From Candidatus Micrarchaeota archaeon (GTDB taxonomy: Archaea > Micrarchaeota > Micrarchaeia > Anstonellales > JAHKLY01): a stretch of DNA of 64,000 bases. The notes under the pieces were generated by a model, which did no database searches, had not been told where the DNA came from, and saw only the letters and a program-made list of their open reading frames with translations. Made by a program: the position numbers and the translations under genes. Shown here in pieces: positions 18,780 through 29,139 of this stretch (positions are counted from its first letter, which is position 1; each line of letters begins with the position of its first letter). The stretch spans positions 210,483 through 274,482 of the forward strand of contig JAHKLY010000001.1 of NCBI GenBank assembly GCA_020854825.1, written 5' to 3'.

Positions 18780-19085
18780 ATGGATATTAATATTAAAAAT
18801 AAAAAAGAAAATAAATTGTTAAACAGAACAGAAGTAGAATTTGAAGTTAGTTATGAATCATCAACCCCGAGTAGACAACAAGTTATACAAAAGTTAGCAG
18901 CATTATTAAAAGTAAAATCAAATTTAGTTATATTGAGTGAATTAAGAAGTGATTTTGGGAACAAAAAAGCAAAAGCAAAAGCAAATATTTATGTTGATGA
19001 AGAGACAATGCAAGACATAGAAAGAGAGTATTTAATCAAAAGATCTCATAAGGAAGAATCTAAAAAAGAGGAAGCAAAAGAATGA
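18780..19085 (+). CDS. rps24e: 30S ribosomal protein S24e
   Basis: ENKLLNRTEV, STPSR, FG...AKANIY; followed by S27ae. Confidence 0.93.
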   Translation: MDINIKNKKENKLLNRTEVEFEVSYESSTPSRQQVIQKLAALLKVKSNLVILSELRSDFGNKKAKAKANIYVDEETMQDIEREYLIKRSHKEESKKEEAKE

Positions 19086-19095
19086 GGTGTGATTA

Positions 19096-19275
19096 ATGGG
19101 TAAGAAAAAGAGAAAAGTAAAGAAAACTGGAAAAAAACCAAAAAAACCAGTTAAAAAAGAGATTAAAACATACAAAAAAATAAAATCTTGTCCTAAATGT
19201 GGGCCTGGAGTTAAGTTAGCGGACCATAAAGATAGATTATCATGTGGAAAATGTGGATATTACGAGAAAAAGTAA
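19096..19275 (+). CDS. rps27ae: 30S ribosomal protein S27ae (missing from the ORF track, 59 aa)
   Basis: Translates MGKKKRK...[30 protein letters not shown]; GAGGTG RBS. Confidence 0.93.
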   Translation: MGKKKRKVKKTGKKPKKPVKKEIKTYKKIKSCPKCGPGVKLADHKDRLSCGKCGYYEKK

Positions 19276-20003
19276 ATGATATTCTCCTTATTTTATTATT
19301 TTCCTCCTTTTTATTAATTTTATTTACTCTTCCAGAAATTAATTCATATTCCTTTAATGAATATATTATAGGTATTAGTATCATATTTTTATTATCATTA
19401 TTTATTTTAAGCAAATATGGATTTAAACTTTGGTCAATAACTATGATTTTTTTTCTAATTTTTTCTTTAATAAGAGATAATATGATTTTATTAGCGCCTT
19501 CATTGATTTTTTTATGTTTTCCATTTTATTGGGAATCACAAAAAGGGAAAAAATATACAAAAGTACTATCTGAATATGGATTATATTTTAAAAACAAATT
19601 TTCTCTTTTAATTTATGGAATTGTTGGTTTTTTTGGCATTGTTTTTTTGGTTGTTTTAATTGGATTAGTATTTTATCTTTTTGGGCTGAATGATCAACAG
19701 AATGTTAAAGAAGTAGTTAAATCTTTACCTTTAATTTCTATTCCTTTAGCTATTATTCTTGCTCCATTAGCAGAAGAGATTTTTTTTAGGGGGTTTTTAT
19801 ATAAAAAAATAGGAATTTGGATATCTGCAGTAATTTTTGCATTATTACATTTTTCTTATGGATCTATTGTTGAAATTGCTGTTGCTTTTGCAATTGCATT
19901 GTTTTTAACATATTTATTTATTAAAACAAAATCTTTATGGCCTTCAATAATCGCACACAGTCTTTTTAATTTATTTGCATTAGGAGTAATGTGGTTATTA
20001 TGA
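19242..20003 (+). CDS. CPBP (CAAX protease-like) intramembrane metalloprotease
   Basis: [24 protein letters not shown]; multiple TM helices; start uncertain. Confidence 0.88.
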   Translation: MWKMWILREKVNDILLILLFSSFLLILFTLPEINSYSFNEYIIGISIIFLLSLFILSKYGFKLWSITMIFFLIFSLIRDNMILLAPSLIFLCFPFYWESQKGKKYTKVLSEYGLYFKNKFSLLIYGIVGFFGIVFLVVLIGLVFYLFGLNDQQNVKEVVKSLPLISIPLAIILAPLAEEIFFRGFLYKKIGIWISAVIFALLHFSYGSIVEIAVAFAIALFLTYLFIKTKSLWPSIIAHSLFNLFALGVMWLL

Positions 20004-20953
20004 ATGTTTTAGGAATAGAAAGCACAGCACATACATTGGGAATTGGATTATTTGATGGTAAAAACCTATTTCATTCTAAAGATATGTATAAACCAAAAAA
20101 TGAAGGAATTATACCTAGAAAAGCAGCAGACCATCATTTAGAAGTTTTTAACTTTTTAATCGAAAATGTGTTAGATGAATCTAATTTAAATTTAAATAAA
20201 ATAACTGGGATTGCGTTTTCACAAGGTCCAGGCATAGGACAAACATTACAATTTGGATGTTCATTAGCAAGATATTTGGCATTAAAATATAAAAAACCTT
20301 TAATTCCTGTTAATCATTGTCAAGCACATATTGAGATAGGTAAATGGAATTGTAATCTTAAAGATCCTTTAACAATTTATGTTTCTGGTGGAAATACGCA
20401 ATTAATAATAGAAAGAAATAGTAAATACTATGTATTAGGTGAAACTTTAGATATTGGTATGGGTAATTTATTTGATACTTTTGGTAGAATAATGGGTTTG
20501 GAATTTGCTCATGGATCTGTTTTATCTGAAATGGCAGAAAAAGGAAAATATATAGATCTACCATATTCAGTTAAAGGAATGAATATTGTTTTTGGTGGGT
20601 TGTTAACTGCTTCTAAAAAAGCACTTAAGAATCATAAGAAAGAAGATATTGTATATTCAATGATGCATAATGCTTTTGCATCTTTAACAGAAGCTTCTGA
20701 AAGAGCGTTATGTTTAACACATAAACACGAAATTCTGCTTTGTGGAGGAGTTGCACAAAATGTTATGTTTCAAAATATGCTTAAAAAAATGGCATATCTG
20801 CATGAGGTTAAATTTGCAGTTCCTAAGAATGAATATAATGCAGATAATGGAGCTATGATCGCATTATTAGGGCATAAACTATTAAAAAATAAAAAAACAA
20901 TTCCAGTTAAAAATTCAGTGCCTAGACAAAGATGGCGTGTTGATAAAGAATAG
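20000..20953 (+). CDS. kae1: KEOPS t6A synthase Kae1
   Basis: GIESTAHT, VNHCQAHIE, YVSGGNT, GETLDI, DNGAMIA. Confidence 0.96.
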   Translation: MNVLGIESTAHTLGIGLFDGKNLFHSKDMYKPKNEGIIPRKAADHHLEVFNFLIENVLDESNLNLNKITGIAFSQGPGIGQTLQFGCSLARYLALKYKKPLIPVNHCQAHIEIGKWNCNLKDPLTIYVSGGNTQLIIERNSKYYVLGETLDIGMGNLFDTFGRIMGLEFAHGSVLSEMAEKGKYIDLPYSVKGMNIVFGGLLTASKKALKNHKKEDIVYSMMHNAFASLTEASERALCLTHKHEILLCGGVAQNVMFQNMLKKMAYLHEVKFAVPKNEYNADNGAMIALLGHKLLKNKKTIPVKNSVPRQRWRVDKE

Positions 20954-20988
20954 TAAGCAATAAATACTTTTTCTAATTAATCAAGTAT

Positions 20989-21615
20989 ATGACACAAAAT
21001 ATTTTAGCACAAATCGGAATCGGAGGGATAGGTAGTTTATTAAATGAAATAGAAAAAGCTACATCTAATGAAATATTTTATTTATTTTTTTTAATCCTAG
21101 TAATTTCAATAGGTATGCTTATTATCTGGTATTTATATAGAAAATTAGCAAAAAGAGATATGTTTGAATTAAAATTACATGCTAAAAATGGTGAAAAATT
21201 ATCAATAGGAAAAGAATTATTTTCAACATTAGTTTATCTTTTTAAGTATGTATTATTATTTCCTTTGTTTGTTATGTTAATGTTTGTGCTAGTATCATTA
21301 GGATTTATATTTTTATCTTCTGGATTAGACCTTTCAACAGTTTTCTTTTTTTCAATCGCATTAATCTGTGTAGTTAGATTATTAGCATATATTAAAGAAG
21401 ATACAGCACAAGAAATTGCAAAATTAATCCCTTTTGCATTAGTGTCTTCGATTTTATTAAATCCAAATCTTTCAGACGGGTATATATTTCCGGCTATGTC
21501 AGATATAGAACTAGGGTTAGCAGGCATATGGTATTATTTTATTTTTATTTTTGTGTTTGAAATAAGTTTAAGGGTTATATATAGAATTACAAGTGTATTT
21601 AAGAGAAATGATTAA
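20989..21615 (+). CDS. Hypothetical multi-pass membrane protein
   Basis: About 5 hydrophobic helices. Confidence 0.7.
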   Translation: MTQNILAQIGIGGIGSLLNEIEKATSNEIFYLFFLILVISIGMLIIWYLYRKLAKRDMFELKLHAKNGEKLSIGKELFSTLVYLFKYVLLFPLFVMLMFVLVSLGFIFLSSGLDLSTVFFFSIALICVVRLLAYIKEDTAQEIAKLIPFALVSSILLNPNLSDGYIFPAMSDIELGLAGIWYYFIFIFVFEISLRVIYRITSVFKRND

Positions 21616-21965
21616 TTTTCTCCTCCTTTAAATGCTTTTTTTCCTAATAATACTAATAAGATTACACATATAATTCCAACAATTATTGATTGTTGAATGT
21701 CTTTAAATTGAGAATACCACATATATCCTAAGAAGACACCAAAACCTGTAAATACAATGGTTCTTAAATTATTGGCTAACCCTCCAGAGATATTTTTTTC
21801 TTTGAAAAATAAAAATGAAGCACCGAATACAAAAAGACCTATTCCTATTGAATAATATATTGGATCTGTTGGGTAATTATAATACCAAATATATCCTGCT
21901 CCAGAACCAATTAATAATGCAGCCAAAACCCGCCCAATTTTTACTAATTCTTTTGTAATTGCCAT
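21612..21965 (-). CDS. Small 4-TM membrane protein with internal duplication
   Basis: GYIWY and GYMWY halves; GGTGA RBS before ATG 21965. Confidence 0.65.
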   Translation of the reverse strand: MAITKELVKIGRVLAALLIGSGAGYIWYYNYPTDPIYYSIGIGLFVFGASFLFFKEKNISGGLANNLRTIVFTGFGVFLGYMWYSQFKDIQQSIIVGIICVILLVLLGKKAFKGGEN

Positions 21966-22027
21966 TTTCGTCACCAATAATTTTAATGGATATATTTAAA
22001 AAGACAAATAATATAAAACTAATACAT

Positions 22028-22287
22028 CCCGCGGTAGCTCAAAGCTTTGAATTATTTTATTTTAAAGCGAGCAATGGTAGAGCGATCGGCTGTAACTTTT
22101 TTCTTTCTTTAAAAAGAAAGAAAAAAATTAACAAAAAAGAAAGAAACAAGTGGTCAAAGTACGATGCACAATTTTGTGTTGGAAATCGCTCTGAAACCGA
22201 TAGGTTGGGATTTCGAAACACTTTTTTCTGTTTTAAGAAAAAAGAGAACCCATACTAAAAATATGGACGAAGATATCTCCCGCGGGA
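22028..22287 (+). tRNA. tRNA-Tyr(GTA) with three introns (15/16, 37/38, 59/60)
   Basis: Exons 22028-22042, 22075-22095, 22196-22217 and 22274-22287; acceptor CCCGCGG/CCGCGGG with C1:G72; BHB-like helices GCTC/GAGC and TTCG/CGAA; introns 32, 100 and 56 nt. Confidence 0.92.
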
Positions 22288-22312
22288 TATTCTTTTTTAT
22301 AAGGTAATCAGA

Positions 22313-22546
22313 ATGAATAAAGTAATTATTGCAGGATATAATTTAAATGGAAAATCAAAAATATCAAAAGAGGTATTGGGCCGAGAAGTTTTTCAAGTAC
22401 TATCCGGAAGATTTTGTTGTATTGGTATTGTAGAAAGTATTACTAAATCTAGGGGAGGGTTCAGAGTTCAATCACCAAAAAAAACATTATTTTTCTCAAT
22501 TAATTCAATAAGTGATGGTTCAAAGGTCTATTCTGAACACAGATGA
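22313..22546 (+). CDS. Hypothetical small protein
   Basis: 77-aa ORF with AGGT RBS-like site; no family recognised. Confidence 0.45.
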   Translation: MNKVIIAGYNLNGKSKISKEVLGREVFQVLSGRFCCIGIVESITKSRGGFRVQSPKKTLFFSINSISDGSKVYSEHR

Positions 22547-22574
22547 TTTAAATTTAACTATATTAATAATTATT

Positions 22575-23288
22575 ATGGATTTTTTTAATTTTTGGGATGT
22601 ATCTAAAATAATAGGAGCAACAATAATTATTGGGTTTTTATTAATTTTAGTTTTATCAGTTATTTCTTTATTTTTATTATCTAGATTTCATAAGAAAGGA
22701 AAAATAATTTTTCCGTATGTTATTTTAAGCATGGTGAGTACCTTAGAAGTTCCAATTGAAAGAATACTTAATTTCTTTCAAATAAAAGAAATTGATTTAG
22801 ATTTAATAATAACTAAATTAAGAAATAAATTAAATAAAAAAGCTTTTTCTAAAGTTCCTTTAAATGAAAGAGCGATTTTTTTCCCTCAATGTTTAAGAAG
22901 TTTTGAATGCCCGGCAAGAACAGGGGAAGAAGGAATTTATTGTATAAATTGCAGAAAATGTGGCTTAGGACACATAATAAAAGAAGCAGAGCAATTAGGA
23001 TATAGGGTGTTTATAGCACCAGGAAGTTCATTAGTTAAAAGGATGGTTAAACAATATAAACCAAAAGCAGTTTTAGGTGTTGGATGTTCGATGGAAGTCA
23101 AAGAAGGAACTGCATTAATAGAATCTTATGGTATACCTGTCCAAGCGGTTTCATTATTAAGAGGAGGATGTGTAAATACAAGAATTGATTGTTTTGAATT
23201 ATTAAAAACTATTTATTTAGGTGTTGATATATCAGAAAAAGAACTTAGAAAAAAAGCAGAAGAAGCAAATAAGTTTTGGAAAGATTAA
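22575..23288 (+). CDS. DUF116 family protein (Cys-rich, N-terminal TM)
   Basis: FFPQCLRS..CPA, CINCRKC, IAPGSS, GVGC, GCVNT. Confidence 0.85.
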   Translation: MDFFNFWDVSKIIGATIIIGFLLILVLSVISLFLLSRFHKKGKIIFPYVILSMVSTLEVPIERILNFFQIKEIDLDLIITKLRNKLNKKAFSKVPLNERAIFFPQCLRSFECPARTGEEGIYCINCRKCGLGHIIKEAEQLGYRVFIAPGSSLVKRMVKQYKPKAVLGVGCSMEVKEGTALIESYGIPVQAVSLLRGGCVNTRIDCFELLKTIYLGVDISEKELRKKAEEANKFWKD

Positions 23289-23761
23289 ACAAAATTATTT
23301 GCAACAAATGTTCCAACTAAATGTGTTATTATGATTACTAAAACTGCAATTAATAAATGTTCTCCAATAACTTTCCAGGGATTTGATTTTCTTTTTTTTG
23401 CAATTTTATAACTTAAGATACTTAATACTGATAATCCCCAAATTATACTTATTATAATTGCAGTAGTGAGATCAAATATTATAATTGGTATAACAAATGT
23501 CAATGCAAAAAGTAATTTACATAAGAAAGTAGAGAGTGTAGATTCCCATACATGATTATCTTTATTTTGTTTATCAGATTCTTCAGATATGTGTATTCCT
23601 AATGCATCTGAAAATGAGTCAGCAATTGCAATTGTTAATATCCCTCCTAATACGACTAATTTAGAATGTGTTCCTGCACTAAGTCCAACCATTAATCCAA
23701 GAGTTGTAATAACTGCAGAAGTTAATCCAAAAGATAAACCTGTTTTAATAGATGATTTCAT
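23285..23761 (-). CDS. VIT1/CCC1-like membrane protein
   Basis: FGLTSAVITTLGLMVG, IAIADSFSDALGIHISEES. Confidence 0.82.
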   Translation of the reverse strand: MKSSIKTGLSFGLTSAVITTLGLMVGLSAGTHSKLVVLGGILTIAIADSFSDALGIHISEESDKQNKDNHVWESTLSTFLCKLLFALTFVIPIIIFDLTTAIIISIIWGLSVLSILSYKIAKKRKSNPWKVIGEHLLIAVLVIIITHLVGTFVANNFV

Positions 23762-23850
23762 TCTTTAATATCAAAAGAGCAATATAAAATACTTTGCCCG
23801 GAAATCTACTCTCTAAAAACCCTTTTAAACTAAAAGACAGTAATAGTTAA

Positions 23851-26529
23851 ATGGCCAAATTATTAGATATGCGCATAGAACGATTAATTACTGAGCGCTT
23901 TAAGGATTTAACTGAAATACAAAAAAAATCTTTTGAAGCAATACTTAATGAAAATAATACTTTAATAATAGCACCAACAGGACACGGAAAAACTTTAGCA
24001 GTTATGCTCCCAGTATTCCATAATATAATAGATACTGAAAATAAAGGTATTCAGGTATTATATATAACTCCATTAAAGGCTTTAAATAGAGATTTATTGG
24101 AAAGAATTGAATGGTGGTGTAATAAATTAGGTATTTCCCATGCAGTAAGGCATGGGGATACATCAATATCTGAAAGAGCAAAACAAACAAGAAAACCTCC
24201 AAAATTATTGATTGTAACTCCAGAAACATTTGGGGCAATATTAGCAGCACCAAGATTAGGTCAGGCGTTAAAGAATTGTAAGTATGTAATTATTGATGAA
24301 GTTCATAGTATTTGTGATAATAAAAGAGGCGCACAATTAAGTTTAGCACTTGAAAGATTAAAACAAAAAACAAATCCCCAGATAATAGGTCTAAGCGCAA
24401 CTATAGGTTCTCCAGAAAGTATAGCAAAGTATTTATCCCCAAATAAAGAATGTCAGATAGTATCATTAACTGAACCAAAAAAAACAGAAATTTTTGTAGA
24501 AAAACCAAAACCAGCTATAAATGTACCTAAAAATTTAGATTTAGATGCAGAGGCAGTTGGTAGATTATATAGAGTAAAAGAAATAATTGAAAAAGATAAA
24601 ACCTTAATTTTTGTTAATACGCGCCAAGTAGCAGAAGCATTATCTTCTAGACTGCATTTATTAAAAGTTAAAATAGGGATTCATCATGGTTCTTTAGCAA
24701 AACAAGTTAGATTGAGAGCTGAAAAAGATTTTAAAGCAAATCAAACAGAAGCACTTTTAGCTACGAGTTCTTTAGAATTAGGTATAGATATTGGAGATAT
24801 CGAGAATGTGATACAGTATATGTCTCCAAGACAGGTTTCTCGGCTTATTCAAAGAATAGGGAGAAGCGGACATGGAATAAATAGAATTTCTAGAGGCCAT
24901 ATAATAGTTTCAGATATGTATGATACACTTGAATCTTTAGCAGTGTCATTACTTTTAAAACAAGGAATCCAAGAAAAAAATAATATAGAATCTAAAGCAA
25001 TAGATGTTATTGCACACCAATTAGTTGGACTTCTTTTAGAAAACGAACAAATTGAGTTAATGAAAGCACATAAGATTTTAGAAAAAGCTGCAGCATATAA
25101 TATTTCTTATGGGGAATTAGAAGAAGTTGCAGAGCAATTGAGCAAACAACGAATATTATATTTAGATAAATCTGATAATACTTTGAAAAAATCTTTGAAT
25201 ACTAGAACTTATTATTATACTAGATTATCAACAATTCCAATAACTGTTCGCAGATTAGTTAAAGATATTGAATTAAATAAAGTTGTATCTACATTAGATG
25301 AAGCATTTGCTTCTTCCTTAGAAATTGGAGAAACATTTATTACAAAAGGACTTCCTTGGAGAATAGTTGAATTAACAGAAGAAGAAGTATTAGTAGAAGC
25401 AGGCGATGATTTTTCACTATCGTTACCAGATTGGGAAGGAGAACAAATCCCAGTACCATTTATAGTTTCTCAAAAAGTAGGAGAGTTAATGGATTTATAT
25501 TATAATAAAAAGATTTTAGAAATAAATAAATATATAAATTTTGTTGGAACTCTGGACTTACCAGATGAAAAATGGTATCCAAAAAAAGATGAATTGATTA
25601 TAGAATGTTTTGCAGATTTAATAGTTATACATTCATTATTTGGTACAAAAACAAATGAAACAATTGGCAGATGTTTATCATATTTATTAACAATAAAACA
25701 AGGCACAAGCAATCAGTTAATAGTAGACCCTTATAGTATTATTATTAATACTTCCAAGGTTGTTAAATCACAAGAGATCAAAGATTTGATTGAAAATTTG
25801 GAAGATATAAGAGCATTAATAGAAAATTCTTTAGCTGACTCAAAGTTATTTTTATTTAAGTTTAATCATATTGCATATAATTTTGGATTAGTAAATCAAA
25901 AACAAGGAGTTTCAAAAAGAGCAGTCAAATATTTAACTCAAACACCGATTTATAAAGAAACAATGCGGGTTTTACTTTCTGATTATTTTGATGTTCCAAA
26001 TGCAATCAAAATTATTGAATTGGTAAAAGCAAATAAAATAATAATAAAATGCAAAAATCCAAAGGAATTAAGTGAATGGAGCAGGCAAGTTTTGACAAAA
26101 GTGCATGCAGGAGAATTAATGGCACCTATAGAGCCACACAGTGAAATAATGAAAGCGTTTGCAAAACACCTTTTAGAAAAACGCATTAAATTAATATGTT
26201 CAAATTGTAACAGACCGTTCTACATTAAAATAGATGATGCAGATGAAAAGATAAAATGTTTAAATTGTAAAGGGTCTGTTATTGGATATGCAGGATTTTT
26301 TAAAGACGGAAAATTAGTAGAAAAAAACAAAAAGTTTATAGATGAAAGTGCACCCCTTATACAAGCATATGGTAAACGTGCATTAATTGCTTTAAGTGTT
26401 TATGGGATAGGACCAGAAACAGCAAGAAGAATATTACAAAAAATACATAAAGAAGAAGATCATTTTTTCTATGATTTATTAGAAGCGCAAAAGAATTTTA
26501 TAAAGAATAAAAAATACTGGCGCATGTAG
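23851..26529 (+). CDS. lhr: Lhr family DEAD/H helicase with C-terminal Zn finger and HhH
   Basis: APTGHGKT, TPLKALNRD, DEVH, SAT, HHGSL, LELGIDIG, QRIGRSGH, CxxC pairs, YGIGPETA. Confidence 0.93.
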   Translation: MAKLLDMRIERLITERFKDLTEIQKKSFEAILNENNTLIIAPTGHGKTLAVMLPVFHNIIDTENKGIQVLYITPLKALNRDLLERIEWWCNKLGISHAVRHGDTSISERAKQTRKPPKLLIVTPETFGAILAAPRLGQALKNCKYVIIDEVHSICDNKRGAQLSLALERLKQKTNPQIIGLSATIGSPESIAKYLSPNKECQIVSLTEPKKTEIFVEKPKPAINVPKNLDLDAEAVGRLYRVKEIIEKDKTLIFVNTRQVAEALSSRLHLLKVKIGIHHGSLAKQVRLRAEKDFKANQTEALLATSSLELGIDIGDIENVIQYMSPRQVSRLIQRIGRSGHGINRISRGHIIVSDMYDTLESLAVSLLLKQGIQEKNNIESKAIDVIAHQLVGLLLENEQIELMKAHKILEKAAAYNISYGELEEVAEQLSKQRILYLDKSDNTLKKSLNTRTYYYTRLSTIPITVRRLVKDIELNKVVSTLDEAFASSLEIGETFITKGLPWRIVELTEEEVLVEAGDDFSLSLPDWEGEQIPVPFIVSQKVGELMDLYYNKKILEINKYINFVGTLDLPDEKWYPKKDELIIECFADLIVIHSLFGTKTNETIGRCLSYLLTIKQGTSNQLIVDPYSIIINTSKVVKSQEIKDLIENLEDIRALIENSLADSKLFLFKFNHIAYNFGLVNQKQGVSKRAVKYLTQTPIYKETMRVLLSDYFDVPNAIKIIELVKANKIIIKCKNPKELSEWSRQVLTKVHAGELMAPIEPHSEIMKAFAKHLLEKRIKLICSNCNRPFYIKIDDADEKIKCLNCKGSVIGYAGFFKDGKLVEKNKKFIDESAPLIQAYGKRALIALSVYGIGPETARRILQKIHKEEDHFFYDLLEAQKNFIKNKKYWRM

Positions 26530-26767
26530 GCCTTTTTCTTTCTTTTAAAAAAAGAAAGAAAAACTCCTGGGAAAAAGAAAGAAAAAGAAAACAAGACAAA
26601 AAGAACAAAGAAAAGGCCTTAGGAAAACGGAGAATTTTCAAAAACTATTCTAGATTGAATAATTCTAAACAGAATAGTTTCTTAAAAAGTGTTCATAAAA
26701 CGTGAACGTAATTTATTATTCTGATTTTCTTTCTTTCCCAAGGGTTTCTATCAAAAGAAAGAAAGGC
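26530..26767. mobile_element. 238-bp MITE-like/structured intergenic element with imperfect terminal inverted repeats
   Basis: Fills the gap between convergent stops: TAG|GCCTTTTTCTTTCTTTT...AAAAGAAAGAAAGGC|TTA; several internal hairpins; no transposase in window. Confidence 0.5.
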
Positions 26768-27361
26768 TTATTCTTTAAAATTAGTTGAAACGTTTATTAA
26801 TTCTGCATTTCTTGTTAATTCTACAATATAATAAAAATCAGCAGTTTCTGAATTCCATTCAACGATCCAATTATCTTGACTATTTGTAGGTGATTTAACA
26901 TTAGATTTTGCGTTGAGATACTGGTCTAAATATTGTTTAACATTTTCTGTTCCCTCAATTGTGTGCGAAGCTATAATTGCCTCTTCATTAAATATTAAAT
27001 AACAAATTGATTGTCCAACACAAATTTCGCAATTTTTAGTAATATAATCTGGAGGCTGAGTTACAAAACCTTGTTCAGGATAGTTATAATATAAATGAAT
27101 TCTTTCAGGACAAGGAGAGGTAGGATTAACAGTAACTCTTGCTTTTAAAGTATAATATTTGCCCTTTCCTTCTTCTATCGGTTGATTTTCAGCAATAGAA
27201 ATAATCTCAAATTCAGCAGTATTTCCATATTTTGCTTTTAAATCTTCTAATACGGATGTTTCTGCATCTTTTTCAGTAAGTGGTGAAGTCCAATTATATA
27301 AAAATAATAAGCAAACAGAAATTATTATTAATAATGATACTATCCACCCAATTGTATTCAT
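26768..27361 (-). CDS. Membrane-anchored hypothetical protein
   Basis: N-terminal TM; CPER and EEAIIASH segments. Confidence 0.7.
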   Translation of the reverse strand: MNTIGWIVSLLIIISVCLLFLYNWTSPLTEKDAETSVLEDLKAKYGNTAEFEIISIAENQPIEEGKGKYYTLKARVTVNPTSPCPERIHLYYNYPEQGFVTQPPDYITKNCEICVGQSICYLIFNEEAIIASHTIEGTENVKQYLDQYLNAKSNVKSPTNSQDNWIVEWNSETADFYYIVELTRNAELINVSTNFKE

Positions 27362-27393
27362 AGTATCTCATTATGAAGAAAGAATTTAAATTC

Positions 27394-27933
27394 TTATCTA
27401 TGTTTAAATTTCAAGTTTTTTTGATTGGCTCCATATTTTTTAAGAACCATACTGCTTGTTAAATTACATGTATCATCCATTTCAAATCCTAATTTTTTTA
27501 CTAATTTTTCTATATCTTTAGGTTTTCCTTCAATTTCCATATATGCAGGTATTTTAGGGTGTTGGTCTAATTCAATTTTAACTTTTCCAAGAACATATGA
27601 AGTTCTTATTTTTTCACATTCATTAATACATTTTAAACCTATTTTTTTGAATATTTTTTTTGTACTTCCAAAATCACTTACTTTGGTTTCTGTTTCTTCC
27701 CTAACTTTGAATTTACCTTTGTTCTTTCGTTTAGTTTTATGTGTTATTTCTACAGTGTTTCCATATTTTCTTAGTCGTAAAATAGATTTACTTTTTGATA
27801 TTTTTTGATCTTCAAAATCAAAGAAATTAATAGTTACTAACCCTTTATATGTTTGTTTTGCACCTAATGTTTTAAGTTTAGATTTAATTGTGTTAATATT
27901 AATGTTTAATATCTTTATTTCTGTTTCATCCAT
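27394..27933 (-). CDS. CYTH domain protein (class IV adenylate cyclase-like/triphosphatase)
   Basis: ETEIK, LRLRK, REETET, EKIRTSY, YMEIEG. Confidence 0.9.
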   Translation of the reverse strand: MDETEIKILNININTIKSKLKTLGAKQTYKGLVTINFFDFEDQKISKSKSILRLRKYGNTVEITHKTKRKNKGKFKVREETETKVSDFGSTKKIFKKIGLKCINECEKIRTSYVLGKVKIELDQHPKIPAYMEIEGKPKDIEKLVKKLGFEMDDTCNLTSSMVLKKYGANQKNLKFKHR

Positions 27934-27958
27934 AAAAAAATATATATTCAAAATATTT

Positions 27959-29125
27959 TTAAATTAGTAGTAGAATAGAAGGAATAATTATAACCCCCAT
28001 TACATGAACTCTTTTTGTTCCTAAAAACAAAGGTAAAGAACCAATAGCTGTACCTGCAACTAAAGTTGCAATTCCTAAGGGGCCAGAAATCACGATTATT
28101 AATATACTTAAATATAATATCAATGCAATATACAAATGTTGGGTATTAATTTCAAATAATTTTCCTAATTTTTTATAAATGAACAAAAGAAAAATTGCGG
28201 ACAAACTTATAGATATTACAAATCCAAACATTAAAGGAAATAGGTTATTTAATGAAGGTTCAATTAATTGTGAGACATAAGATAAAGCACCAACTCTTGC
28301 CTTTCCAATTGTTTCTAAAGATGCAAAAGCAAAAATGATGTGGCTTACTGCGATTGAAGAAGTGAACACTAAATATTTTTTTGGGCACGCTAATAAAAGT
28401 GGAGATGCAAAAACAGCTAATTGTGCAGGTGTAGCTATACCTGGGAATAAATCTGCAATGAACCCTAAAACAATTCCTGCTAATAAGGGAACCCAGAAAT
28501 TAAATTCAATTTCTTCATCTTTTTGTTTTGGTATTTTTGGTTTTGACCATAAAGTTGCAATTAACGTACTAAATGCAAACAACCCTGTAAAAATTGGAAA
28601 TAAAGGCTCTCTTATAGGTGCATTTATTGTTAAAATTCCAAGGATTCCTGCTAAAATAAAGATTGCACTTGCAAATATTATTTTTTTTATTTCTTTTTCT
28701 GATAATATCATAAATACAGAAGCAAATAGTAAAATAAAAATAAGATACGGAGAGATAATATTAAAAGAAATAGGAAACAGAATTAACACAATTGGGAATA
28801 AACATAAAGATAAAAATATACTTATTAATGATGAAATAATTACTAATTTTATTGCACTCAATCCATTGCCCTCTAGTACTAATTTTTGTCCAGGCAATAC
28901 GGATATATATGTGGAATCCTCAGGAACTCCAAAAAATATTGCAGGGACAAAAGAGATTAAAGTATGGGATCCTAATCCTGCCATAATCACAAAACTTAAA
29001 AAACTAGGATCTAAATTAGTTTCCATTAATATTGCGCTTATTGTATTTGAATGGATTCCTGGAATAAATCCTGAAAAAGCTCCTAATAAAAACCCAATAA
29101 TAATTGAGAATAATTTTTCAATCAT
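27959..29125 (-). CDS. TctA-like (DUF112) membrane transporter
   Basis: GFIPGIHSN, PAIFFGVP, SVLPG; about 11 TM helices. Confidence 0.85.
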   Translation of the reverse strand: MIEKLFSIIIGFLLGAFSGFIPGIHSNTISAILMETNLDPSFLSFVIMAGLGSHTLISFVPAIFFGVPEDSTYISVLPGQKLVLEGNGLSAIKLVIISSLISIFLSLCLFPIVLILFPISFNIISPYLIFILLFASVFMILSEKEIKKIIFASAIFILAGILGILTINAPIREPLFPIFTGLFAFSTLIATLWSKPKIPKQKDEEIEFNFWVPLLAGIVLGFIADLFPGIATPAQLAVFASPLLLACPKKYLVFTSSIAVSHIIFAFASLETIGKARVGALSYVSQLIEPSLNNLFPLMFGFVISISLSAIFLLFIYKKLGKLFEINTQHLYIALILYLSILIIVISGPLGIATLVAGTAIGSLPLFLGTKRVHVMGVIIIPSILLLI

Positions 29126-29139
29126 GTTAATCACAGTAA

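Noticed and set aside
22096-22195. C/D box guide RNA or ORF inside the 100-nt Tyr intron
   Set aside because: CTGA is present near the end but there is no convincing RTGATGA C box or ORF
21959-22258. 99-aa plus-strand ORF
   Set aside because: Runs through tRNA-Tyr exons and low-complexity introns
22313-22546. Ribosomal protein L35Ae or Gar1 assignment
   Set aside because: Only vague similarity; key conserved motifs not seen
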